Source: an uncultured Acidobacteriota bacterium
GTDB taxonomy: Bacteria; Acidobacteriota; Terriglobia; UBA7540
Assembly: GCA_963804995.1 (NCBI GenBank)
Contig: CAWDSK010000003.1
Location: 352,001-416,000 of the forward strand
Direction: 5' to 3'
DNA: 64,000 nucleotides
Part shown: in pieces, positions 1 to 9,358 of the stretch
Position numbering within the stretch: the first letter of the stretch is position 1
Layout: the number at the start of each line of letters is the position of its first letter
The notes under the pieces: generated by a model
Seen by the model: only the letters and a program-made list of their open reading frames with translations
Databases searched by the model: none
Told to the model about the DNA's origin: nothing
Translations under genes and position numbers: made by a program

Positions 1-1
1 G

Positions 2-139
2 GTCGAGCTGAAGCCACCGACCATTACGGAAAAAGACTTGAGGCACCGTGCTTATGAAATCTACCTCAAACGAGGCCCCCACCCTGGCAACGAGATCGGG
101 GACTGGCTTCAAGCCGAGCAAGAGCTCACAGCAAATTAA
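2..139 (+). CDS. DUF2934-domain small protein, 5' partial
   Basis: Frame 2 reads ...EKDLRHRAYEIYLKRGPHPGNEIGDWLQAEQELTAN*, matching the RAYEI..R G....DW.QAE.EL pattern of DUF2934; not in the ORF track. Confidence 0.75.
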   Translation, partial: VELKPPTITEKDLRHRAYEIYLKRGPHPGNEIGDWLQAEQELTAN

Positions 140-170
140 CTGCAAGTCAGCGCGTTTTGAAAGCTGCTAG

Positions 171-203
171 CCGCGGTCAGGGCCATCCTGACCGTGGTGT
201 TTC
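171..203 (+). terminator. Probable intrinsic terminator
   Basis: Stem ccgcggtcagg/cctgaccgtgg followed by tgtttc, just after the DUF2934 stop. Confidence 0.45.
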
Positions 204-407
204 TATGCCCGAAACCGTTACGCCTACCGCCCGTCGTCAGCTCTCAATCTGATAAACATGCACGGCATTATTAACACACGGCTTTGCCGCGTGACAGGAT
301 GAGGGAACAGGGAACAGAAGATCAGTAACGGGCAAGAAAATCAAGAGGGGGTAGCGCCCAACCGGCGAAGGCCCGCCCCGATGCCTCGGGGCGCTAAGCT
401 TGCTAAC

Positions 408-635
408 TTACCGGTAAACATCTAGGCGATGGCCGATGTGAAGTACTGTAATGTCGGACACAGCTTTATCAAATGAGATGGGGGTCTCCCCAGAGGACTT
501 GGCTTGGTCAAAGGCCCGGATGGACTCCAGCTCTTCCAGGTCATTGAGTAGTTTTTCGTATTCCTCCATGTTGAGGACGACGCCTACCCGATTTCCATGC
601 TTGTCGACAACGTAGCATTCTTCATGGCTGTTCAT
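408..635 (-). CDS. Type II antitoxin-like protein fused to the C-terminal remnant of a RelE-type toxin
   Basis: MNSHEECYVVDKHGNRVGVVLNMEEYEKLLNDLEELE is antitoxin-like; last residues ITVLHIGHRLDVYR resemble a RelE C-terminus; GAGG RBS before the ATG at 635. Confidence 0.6.
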   Translation of the reverse strand: MNSHEECYVVDKHGNRVGVVLNMEEYEKLLNDLEELESIRAFDQAKSSGETPISFDKAVSDITVLHIGHRLDVYR

Positions 636-856
636 AGAAACCTCAAACCGTCCCCGGGGGGGCACAACTTCCCCTCTGGCCCGGTAACTATCAGTTAACA
701 AGCTCGCGCCTATAAGTCAAGGCGCTACACGCCGCCGATTCACATTCGCAGATTGCCCCCGGAATTTAGCGGTCGCGAGCGCGCCGCTGGGGTGTACACT
801 GCTGTGCCGTACGATGCCAGAACGGAAATCCTGGGTAAGGGAACGCGGAGGCCCCA

Positions 857-2950
857 ATGAATCGCCGAGACTTTATGGGAAGCATGGCAGCGGCAGCGGC
901 CGTCGGACAGATTCTGAAAATGCCGTTGCCCATCGGCAGCAGCACCCGCGTGCAGCTCCCCCGCGCCGCCTGGCTCGCGAACGGACTGATCGATGCGGGG
1001 GGAAGCCATGAGCCTTACATCTTCGTGATTCGTCGCGGCGGCGAATCGCTCGATGCCCGCAAGGAGTACGAGTTTAACCAGAGTGAAGGGCTGATACGCT
1101 CGCTGCACGAGCAGGGTATCGAGGTGTTTCACACCCACCTTTACAAAGGCTTCGGCATGGCGGCGGAGAGGCCGGAAATGGAAGACGCCCGGCAAGCCGC
1201 GGCCCTGGCTCATCGTTATGGTATGAGAGTGGATAGTTATATCCAATGGAATACCATGATGTATGAGACCTTCTTTGCTGAGGAGCCGCGCGCCAAGGAT
1301 TGGATCCAGCGCGACGTTAGCGGCCTCCCCATCCTGCTGGTCTACGGCTATCAGCAGTCGTACCGCTACCGCCCGTGCTTTACCCACCAGGAGTATCTGG
1401 ATTACCTCAAGAAGATCGTGCGGTTCGCCGTGGAAGAAGTCCACACGGACTTCATTCATTTCGATAACTTTGACCTCAACCCGGAGCCTGATTCCTGCCA
1501 CTGCCCGGCGTGTGTGGAGGGATTTCGCGCCTTTTTACGTGCGAAACACCCTCCGGAAAAGCGCCGCGAACGGTTCGGCTTTGAAAATGTCGATTTCGTA
1601 AACCCGCCGCAGTGGAACCGCCAAAACCCGCCGCAGAAGATGGCCATCATCTTCGACCCCGCCATTCAAGAGTGGATCGATTTCCGCTGCCAGGTCATGG
1701 CCGACGCGCTGCGCCAGATGGTGGAGTATGTGCGGTCGCTCAACCCCCAGGTAGCGATTGAAATCAATCCGCATGGCATCACCGGCGGAAACCGCGCCTG
1801 GGAGAATGCCGTCGACCACGCGCGCCTCTTGACCTCTACCGATGTCTTCTGGACAGAGGAATCGAATCCCTGCGCTTACCTGCCGGACGGCCGCCTGATC
1901 AGCAAGATCCGCAGCTATAAGCTGGCGCGCGCTTTTCACAATATCCTGCTGGCCTACATCAGCGATAACCCCGTCGCCATGGGCGAGTGCCTGGCCTTCA
2001 ATCAAACGCTGGGCTTCGCCGGCACCGCGCCCATACCGCCGGCGATGCTCCAATACGTGGCGTTTTACCGGAAAAACCGCGAGCTCTACCTGGGCACCGA
2101 GGATGTGGCCAGCGTGGGTGTGCTGCGCTCGCACGCTTCAATTACTTACCACCACGCACGCGCGCAGCTCAGCGCGATCCTCACGGAGCAAGCTCTGATC
2201 CAGTCGCGCCTGCCGTTTCACCTGATTTTCGATGAGCCGCTGCCCGACCTTTCGAAACTCCGGGTGCTGATCCTGCCTGATTCCGAATGCCTCTCAGACG
2301 ACCAGTTGGCCCGTATTCGCACCTTTGTCGAAAACGGCGGCGGCCTGGTGGCGGTCGGTCAAGCGGGTCTCTACGATGAGTGGCGGCGTCTGCGCGTTGA
2401 GCCGGGCCTGAAAGGGTTGGTCGAAGGCCAGCCGCCCGCCCGCGACTACGAGGAGGAGGTGGGGGAGACCGTGGCTGCGGCGGGATCGGTGCGACGAAAT
2501 CAGGCCGGCAAGGAGAGAGTCGTGTACATTCCCGGCGTCGAATATGATGGGCCTCTTCCCCCCGCCGAACCGTACCTTAATATCAGCAATCGATTCTGGA
2601 AACGTCCCAGGAACTGGGAGCAACTCATTGACGCCGTCCGCTGGGCGGCGAACGATGACCCTCCCCTCCAAGTTGCCGGGCCGGATTTCCTGGTGGCCAA
2701 TCTGGTCGAGCAGGCCGCCCGCCAGCGGAGACTTATCCACCTGGTTAACTATGATGCGCAGAATACCCCGGCGATTTCCTCTGTGCAGGTAACCGTCGCC
2801 GTTCCCGACCACCAAGTGGTGAAAGACGTAAGCCTGTTCGAGGTCGAGGGTGATTCACCGCGGGTGCTCAGTTTCACGCCCGGGCCCTCGCGGGTCTCCT
2901 TCACGATCCCCGAGGTGAAGACCTACGCGGTTATCGCGGTCAGTTGGTAG
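857..2950 (+). CDS. Tat-exported glycoside-hydrolase-like protein (TIM barrel plus GH42-type trimerisation domain)
   Basis: MNRRDFMG twin-arginine signal; FDNF..PDSCHCPAC metal loop; LRVLILPDSECLSD..RIRTFVENGGGLV trimerisation-domain motif. Confidence 0.65.
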   Translation: MNRRDFMGSMAAAAAVGQILKMPLPIGSSTRVQLPRAAWLANGLIDAGGSHEPYIFVIRRGGESLDARKEYEFNQSEGLIRSLHEQGIEVFHTHLYKGFGMAAERPEMEDARQAAALAHRYGMRVDSYIQWNTMMYETFFAEEPRAKDWIQRDVSGLPILLVYGYQQSYRYRPCFTHQEYLDYLKKIVRFAVEEVHTDFIHFDNFDLNPEPDSCHCPACVEGFRAFLRAKHPPEKRRERFGFENVDFVNPPQWNRQNPPQKMAIIFDPAIQEWIDFRCQVMADALRQMVEYVRSLNPQVAIEINPHGITGGNRAWENAVDHARLLTSTDVFWTEESNPCAYLPDGRLISKIRSYKLARAFHNILLAYISDNPVAMGECLAFNQTLGFAGTAPIPPAMLQYVAFYRKNRELYLGTEDVASVGVLRSHASITYHHARAQLSAILTEQALIQSRLPFHLIFDEPLPDLSKLRVLILPDSECLSDDQLARIRTFVENGGGLVAVGQAGLYDEWRRLRVEPGLKGLVEGQPPARDYEEEVGETVAAAGSVRRNQAGKERVVYIPGVEYDGPLPPAEPYLNISNRFWKRPRNWEQLIDAVRWAANDDPPLQVAGPDFLVANLVEQAARQRRLIHLVNYDAQNTPAISSVQVTVAVPDHQVVKDVSLFEVEGDSPRVLSFTPGPSRVSFTIPEVKTYAVIAVSW

Positions 2951-3153
2951 TGGGTCGCCACCGTGTCGCCACGGCTGAGAGTCCGCCGATCCTAATGGCG
3001 GACGACCGGTTCGGAGTGTGGGTTTTTCTCTGGGTGTGGAGGGATTGCCTACGCAAATGGAAGTAGCGCAGCGTGGTCGAGCCGCAACCAAACTAGAAAG
3101 GGTCTGCCAGTTCCGTAGTTGGGTCCGGGTCTGGTCTTCAGATGGTGAAATAA

Positions 3154-3223
3154 CCCCTCACCCGTCCCGCCCCGGCTGATGAAAACGCCGGCTGCGGTCC
3201 ACCCTCTCCCCTCGGAGAGGGCT
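3154..3223 (+). repeat. CCCTCACCC...CCCTCTCCC hairpin repeat (family B)
   Basis: About 70-bp unit with near-identical copies at 14133-14203, 31101-31173, 50585-50650 (reverse) and 63462-63531 (reverse); variants at 19023-19220. Confidence 0.85.
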
Positions 3224-3384
3224 ATGAGTTCGTATGGGTGCGGCAGGCACCAGCAAGTGGCGCGGACTTGTTTCGTAGGTCTGACGCGCTACACTCGCTG
3301 GCGTTCCGAGCGCCAAGGATGTAAAGTTCCCGCGCATTGAAACGCAAGCGGCGGGTGCAATCCTTCCCATAAGGTGAGACAGAA

Positions 3385-5716
3385 ATGATCCTTAATATCC
3401 TCTACCGAAGACAAGTCCTGCAATTAGCCCTGGGGCTCTGCCTATTGAGCCCTTACCTTCCCTCCCGAGCTTTCGGCCGGGCGCAGGTTTATCCGGAACC
3501 CCAGCAAATGCAGGTTTTGGATACGCACTTTCGACTGGACAGCCAGGCCGTGATCGTTCTTCCGCTGGTGGCGTCAGAGCATGATGCGTTCCTGGCGCGC
3601 TTTCTGGTGGCCGAGATGGCTGACCGGTACGGCCTCGCCCTTCCCACCGAGCGTCTCGCCAAGTTGCCCACTGACCGGCGGGCGATTTTGATGGGGTCGA
3701 TTTCGAACCCGCTGGTGAAGGAGTACTGCCTCCAGCACCAGATTGACGTCACCGACCGGCAGCCCGGACCCGAGGGGTATGTTCTTCGAAGTGAGTGAGA
3801 ACCTGGTGGTGATTGCGGGGAGCGACGAGGCTGGCGCATTCTACGGCCTGCAGTCCCTGCGGCAGCTCATCGAGAAGTCGGCGCCAGGAGTGGGGATCGA
3901 TGGCGTGCGAATCCGCGACTGGCCATATAAGCCTTTCCGGGGAATAAAACTTTACCTCCCCGGCCGCCAGAACATTCCCTTCTTCAAGCGCTTCGTGCGC
4001 AATTTTATGGCGCTCTACAAATACAACAAGTTGATGATGGAAATGAATGCGGGGATGCGCCTGGACCGGCATCCGGAGTTAAACGCCGGGTGGGAGGAAT
4101 TTGCCCGCAACCTCACGTACACTCGGCGCGACCGCCCAGAGGGCCCCCACCGTCAATATCAGGACTCCAGCCACTACGATACTGCCGACGGTGGAGTGTT
4201 GGAGAAGGAGGAAGTGGCCGACCTGGTGCATTGGGCCCGCGAGCACTACATCGAAGTCATTCCCGAGCTCCCTTCACTGACCCACAGCTACTACCTGCTG
4301 TCGAGGCACCGCGAGCTGGCTGAAATTCCTGAGGCCGAGTGGCCGGATACCTACTGCCCGTCCCGGCCTGACGTCTATAAGCTGCTATTTGACGTTCTCA
4401 ACAAGTATATCGAGGTGATGAATCCCCGCATGATCCATATCGGTCACGACGAGTGGAGAATGCCCTGGGGCGTTTGTCCGCTTTGCCGGAACCAGGACCC
4501 TCGCGAGCTGTTCGCGGAAGACGTCAAAAAGATTCACGATCATCTGGCGGAGAAGGGCGTCAGAACGGCCATGTGGGGCGACCATTTGCTGGAAGCTGTG
4601 GCGGGGGTGCGCGTCAGTCCACAGGTTAGCCCCTCCCGTTATCATTACGATATCCCGGGTGGCCTGACGGCCTCGCAGGTCCAGGCTTTGATCCCCAAGG
4701 ATATTCTGGTCTTCAACTGGTTTTGGAACGACAAGGACAACGAGCCCAAGAGTTCTCACCAGTATGGCGAGCCCGACGACCTCCGAGTCCAGGAGATGGG
4801 TTTCCAGCAGGTTTATGGGAACTTTACGCTGGCCATTCAGAATTATGGGAGGAGAAGCAGCCGGGAGAGCGTCCTGGGCGGTATTCCTTCCGCCTGGTTG
4901 GCGACCACAGAGTTCAATTTCGGCAAGGATCTGCTGGAGGACTTTGTGGGCTGCGCAAGCCTTCTCTGGTCCAAGCATTGGATTGAACGGCAGCAGCTTC
5001 CCGAAATTGTGCAGGGCATGATGCCCGGCCTTCGCCGCCATCTCAGCGCGGAGGATATCCCGAGCGACGTGGGAGATCCCATCGCACCCGTGCCCATCGC
5101 CTCCGGGTTCACTCCCAGCCCGCCCTTCGTCGGTCTTGATCCCGGCCGCCTGAAAACTGGCAGGTTGACCTGGGGAAATTTGATTTTTGATTTGGCCGAT
5201 CCGCGATCACTGGGAGACAAATACGGCGTGATCGCAACTACCGGAGACGCCCACCGGCCGCACTCACCTGAAGAATCGCGTGGCCTTCCCGTCGGGGAGG
5301 ACGTGGACAGCCTGATTTTTCTCCATGCCTCGGCCCGATCTGCCCACAATGAGCCTGGATTCACTTATATCTTTAATTTTCCCGATACCGCTGATTTGCT
5401 GGGCTGGTACGAGGTGGTCTATGAAGATGGGTTCGTCTCGACCATCCCGATTCGCTATGGAGTGAACATCCGGGAGTGGAACTGGGCGAAACCTGAGGCG
5501 CGGGGCACCGTTTACTGGGCGGATGCGATCACGGTCGGAGGTTCACCAGATTCGCCCGTGACCTTTTTTGCATTCGAGTGGGCCAACCCGCGTTTGGGAA
5601 AGGTCGTGAAAGAGGTTCGGCTGCGGGGTACAAGCGGATTCACCGATACGGAGGGGAAAGTTATCCCGGAAAACGCCGTTATCCTGCGAGCGCTCAGCAT
5701 AGTGAAGAAACGGTAG
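3385..5716 (+). CDS. GH20 beta-N-acetylhexosaminidase family protein, one frameshift near 3785
   Basis: Signal peptide; PEGYVL|EVSENLVVIAGSDEAGAFYGLQSLRQL joins the two frames; IRDWP..PFRG, IPELPSLTH and HIGHDEW motifs. Confidence 0.8.
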
Positions 5717-5720
5717 AAAT

Positions 5721-6889
5721 TCAGGGTTTCTGCCCCGGTAGTGCGGGTACCGGAATTTTCCCCTCCAACTGCTCCGCCTGCTTTTCGCGGGCAGCGGCTT
5801 GGAGCTTCTGCGTGGTCAGAAACTCCGCCTCGGCCTCCTGGGATTGCCCTGCCTTGCGGTACGCTTGGCCCAACTGGTAGTGATATTTGGCCGTCCCCGG
5901 ATCAAGCGCGATGGCTTCCTTCAGATATCTGATGCTTTGCGTCGTATCGCCCTTCTGCCCATACGCCTTTCCGAGTCCCGCGAGCGATTTCGGCAACTTA
6001 GGGTCTCGCGCCAGAGCTTGGCGATAGAACTTGATAGCCTCGTCCCATTGGCCCAGGTCGAGCGAAACCTCGCCGCGATTCTCATAGCTAAAGGGTTCGC
6101 GAGGAGTAAGGGTTATTTCCGTGTCAAACTGTTTGGCAGCTTCTTGCAGCATTCCCAAGCGCTGATAAACAACCGCCAGATTGTAGTGGGCAAAGGCTAA
6201 TTTCGGATCGAGAGAGATCGTTTTCTCCAGTTCCGCCCTGGCCGGCTCGTTGTGGAAGAGATCGAGGTCGGCCTTTCCCAGGAGGAAATGCAGGTGCGCG
6301 CTGTCACCGCCCACGCGAACCATTTGCTCAAAAGTCTTCTTGGAATCCTCCTCTCGTTTCAGTTTGCCGTAGCAGATGCCCAGCGCGAAAAGGAAGTTGA
6401 GGTTGTCCTGCTCTCCACTCGCCAGGGGTTCGAGCATCTCGACGGCACGCGAGAAATCGTCGTTCAGAAAATAATTCGTCCCCAGGAGATAGCGGGCCTG
6501 GTAATTGTCAGGTTGGGCTTGGAGGACACGCGAGAAGGCCGCAATGGCTTTGGGAACTCCTCTTTGGAATAATAGGCCAAACCCAGATTCAGATCGATGC
6601 CGGGAAGATTCGGTTTCAACTTCTTGGCTTCCAGTAACGCCCGAATGGCGGAGTCGTACTTCTCCATTCGCATGTACACAACACCCAAGTTGGTGTACGC
6701 GGCGGCGGAGCGAGGATCGAGACGCAGGACCTCCTGAAACCCTCGCTCCGCGGCGGGATAGTCCTTATTGCGCAACGCCAGTTGAGCACGCTCGAAGATA
6801 GGCTTCGGGTCTGCGACGGGCGGCTGCTGAGCCGCCGCTTGCAGTATGAAAAGCGTCAGGAAGATCGCAATCAGCGCGGGGGTTCTCAT
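5721..6889 (-). CDS. Secreted tetratricopeptide-repeat protein, frameshift near 6550
   Basis: Signal peptide and TPR units (AYTNLGVVY, AHYNLAVVY, YHYQLGQAY) across ORFs 6464-6898 and 5721-6437; adding one base at ttcccaaag restores a single frame. Confidence 0.8.
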
Positions 6890-7009
6890 CTCACCCAAGT
6901 TTCAGTCCTCGTCGAAGTGCATCTTACACTTGCGCGTTCAGGATTGGCAATCAGCACTGACCTTGGCGGCCGGTGGTAGTGGTGTCATTTGGAAGTGCCA
7001 CGGGCGTCC

Positions 7010-7137
7010 GAAGGTGTGAAAAAATACCATTTTCACCGCTGAGACGCTGAGACGCAGAGAAATGACCCTTTGTTTTCAAACCTCTGCGCCTCCGCGTCTC
7101 CGCAGTAAAAGGTTTGATGGGATTTTTTCACAGCTTC
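7010..7137. mobile_element. 128-bp MITE with IS1182-like ends, inserted in a REP hairpin loop
   Basis: Terminal inverted repeats gaaggtgtgaaaaaatacc / gggattttttcacagcttc (17 of 19 match); tcc duplicated on both sides; empty site cacgggcg-tcc-cgcctgtg is a hairpin. Confidence 0.65.
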
Positions 7138-7282
7138 TCCCGCCTGTGAAGGGTCACGGCCAAGACCCCGATGGATCGGGGCAGATCGGCCGTGCCACAC
7201 CAAATGACACCACTGCCCGGCCGGTGAGCGGCTTTCACTTCCGCCAGCCTTGGGCTAAGATTTCCCCTCGGGGAATATCCAC

Positions 7283-8977
7283 ATGAACCTGCCGGGCGCG
7301 GCCAAAAATCTTACCAGCACTCCCTATCAGCCCATTCGCGCGCCGCGGGGCACGACGCTTTCCTGCAAAGGATGGCAGCAGGAAGCCGCGATGCGGATGC
7401 TCATGAACAGCCTGGACGAGGAGGTCGCGGAGCGCCCGCAAGACCTGATCGTCTGCGGCGGCGCCGGCAAGCCTGCGCGCAATTGGGCCTGCTATTACGC
7501 CATCATCGAGGCCCTCAAAGGCCTGGAGAAGGATGAAGCCCTGCTCGTGCAATCCGGAAAACCCGCGGGAATTTTCGAGACTCAGGAAGCCGCGCCGCGC
7601 CTATTGATCGCCATCTCCAACCGGATGGGCCACGGGGTCTCTGGGGAAGAGTTTGGCGAACTCGAGCGCCTGGACCTGATGATGAACGAGCAGATGACGG
7701 CGGAAAGCTGGATATACACCGGCGCTCAGAGCATCTTCGCTGGAACCTTTGAAATTTTCGCCGCCGCTGCCCAGAAGCACTTTGGCAGCGACCTCGCCGG
7801 CAAGCTGGTGGTCACGGGTGGAATGGGCCGCCTGGGCGGAGTGCAGCCGCTGGCCGCCACCTTGAACGGCGCGGCCTTCCTGGGCATTGAAGTCGACGCG
7901 GAGCGGATCAAGCGCCGCCTCCGCACGGGCTACTGCGACATCTGCGTCAACTCGCTGGATGAGGCGATCCGCATCCTCAAGAATGCGGTGCGGCAAAAGC
8001 AAGCCGTGTCCGTGGGCCTGGTGGGCAACTGTGCCGAGGTTATTCCGGAACTGGCGCGGCGAGGTGTTGTCCCTGACCTGCTCACTGACCAGACGAACGC
8101 CGACGATCCGCTGAACGGTTACATCCCCTCCGGGCTGAGCTTGGAAGATGCTGCGGATCTGCGGCGCCGGAGTCCGGACGACTATCTCGGCCGCTCGTAC
8201 GAATCCATGGCGCGGCACGTGACGGCAATGCTCGAACTTCAGAAACTCGGTGCCGCAACTTTTGAATACGGGAACAATATACGCGCCATGGCGTTCGAGC
8301 ACGGCGGGGTGAAAGATGCCTACAACATCCCCGGCTTCGTTCCTGCCTACCTACGGCCGCAGCTCTCGGAGGGTCGCGGACCCATCTGCTGGGTGGCGCT
8401 TTCCGGCGATCCTGCGGATATCACTCGCACAGATGAGCTGGTGCTGGAACTTTTCCCCGACAACACTATTCTGAACCGCTGGATTCGGTTGGCGCGCAAA
8501 CACGTGAAGTTTCAGGGGCTCCCGGCGCGGGTCTGCTGGCTGGGTTACGCTGAGCGGGCGCTCTTCGGCGAGCGGATAAACGATCTGGTGGCCAAAGGCG
8601 AGTTGAAGGCGCCTATCGTGATCGGACGGGATCCCGTCGACTACGGCTTCGTGGCCTCGCAGGAAACCGAAGGCATGAAGGACGGGAGCGACGCCATTGT
8701 GGATGGGCCGATTCTCAATGCGCTGCTCAATACCGCCTCCGGCGCAAGCTGGGTTTCATTCCATCTCGGCAGCGGCGTGGGGAGCGGGTCTTCGCTATAC
8801 GCGGGGCAAGTCATCGTGGCGGATGGCACAGCGGAAATGGCGAAGCGCCTGAATCGGGTGCTAACCAACGACCCAGGTATCGGCGTGGCGTGGCAGGCGG
8901 ACGCGGGGCACGATGAAGCAATCAATTTCGCGAAAAAGGCGGGGGTGAAAATTCCGAAAGTGCCAAAGGACGAGTGA
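7283..8977 (+). CDS. hutU: Urocanate hydratase homologue with divergent active-site motifs
   Basis: RAPRGT.LSCKGWQQEAAMRMLMN, QSGKP, FQGLPARVCW and VLTNDPG motifs; many normally invariant residues are changed (see findings). Confidence 0.85.
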   Translation: MNLPGAAKNLTSTPYQPIRAPRGTTLSCKGWQQEAAMRMLMNSLDEEVAERPQDLIVCGGAGKPARNWACYYAIIEALKGLEKDEALLVQSGKPAGIFETQEAAPRLLIAISNRMGHGVSGEEFGELERLDLMMNEQMTAESWIYTGAQSIFAGTFEIFAAAAQKHFGSDLAGKLVVTGGMGRLGGVQPLAATLNGAAFLGIEVDAERIKRRLRTGYCDICVNSLDEAIRILKNAVRQKQAVSVGLVGNCAEVIPELARRGVVPDLLTDQTNADDPLNGYIPSGLSLEDAADLRRRSPDDYLGRSYESMARHVTAMLELQKLGAATFEYGNNIRAMAFEHGGVKDAYNIPGFVPAYLRPQLSEGRGPICWVALSGDPADITRTDELVLELFPDNTILNRWIRLARKHVKFQGLPARVCWLGYAERALFGERINDLVAKGELKAPIVIGRDPVDYGFVASQETEGMKDGSDAIVDGPILNALLNTASGASWVSFHLGSGVGSGSSLYAGQVIVADGTAEMAKRLNRVLTNDPGIGVAWQADAGHDEAINFAKKAGVKIPKVPKDE

Positions 8978-9045
8978 ATCGTGATGAGCCGGCTCATGGC
9001 CTTTCTTGCTTGTCACTCGCCACTCGTCACTAGCCACTGTTCTCT

Positions 9046-9210
9046 TCAGCTTTTCTTTGAAGTCACGGTGAAGAAGCTGGCCAACTGCTGCTCAACCTTT
9101 CGGCTCTTGCATTTCGGGCAGGCAACACGCGCTTTGTCGTGTCCGGCGATCGTCATCGTCATGGCGAAGGTCTTCTTGCACTCTTTGCATGCATACTCAT
9201 ATGTGGGCAT
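9046..9210 (-). CDS. FmdB-family zinc-ribbon protein (54 aa)
   Basis: MPTYEYACKECKKTF...VACPKCKSRKVEQQLASFF; GGAGG RBS; below the ORF-track size cut-off. Confidence 0.85.
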   Translation of the reverse strand: MPTYEYACKECKKTFAMTMTIAGHDKARVACPKCKSRKVEQQLASFFTVTSKKS

Positions 9211-9358
9211 AGGCGGGAACCTCCTGGCTGCAGCCAGCGCTTATTCTAGCAAAGAACCTGCCCGCTGACTCTGAAATGAGGAGTGACACTTGACGCCCCG
9301 CCACGGACAACTGACTACGGACCACGGACGGTTTTGCAATCCGTGATACATTCCCCTC

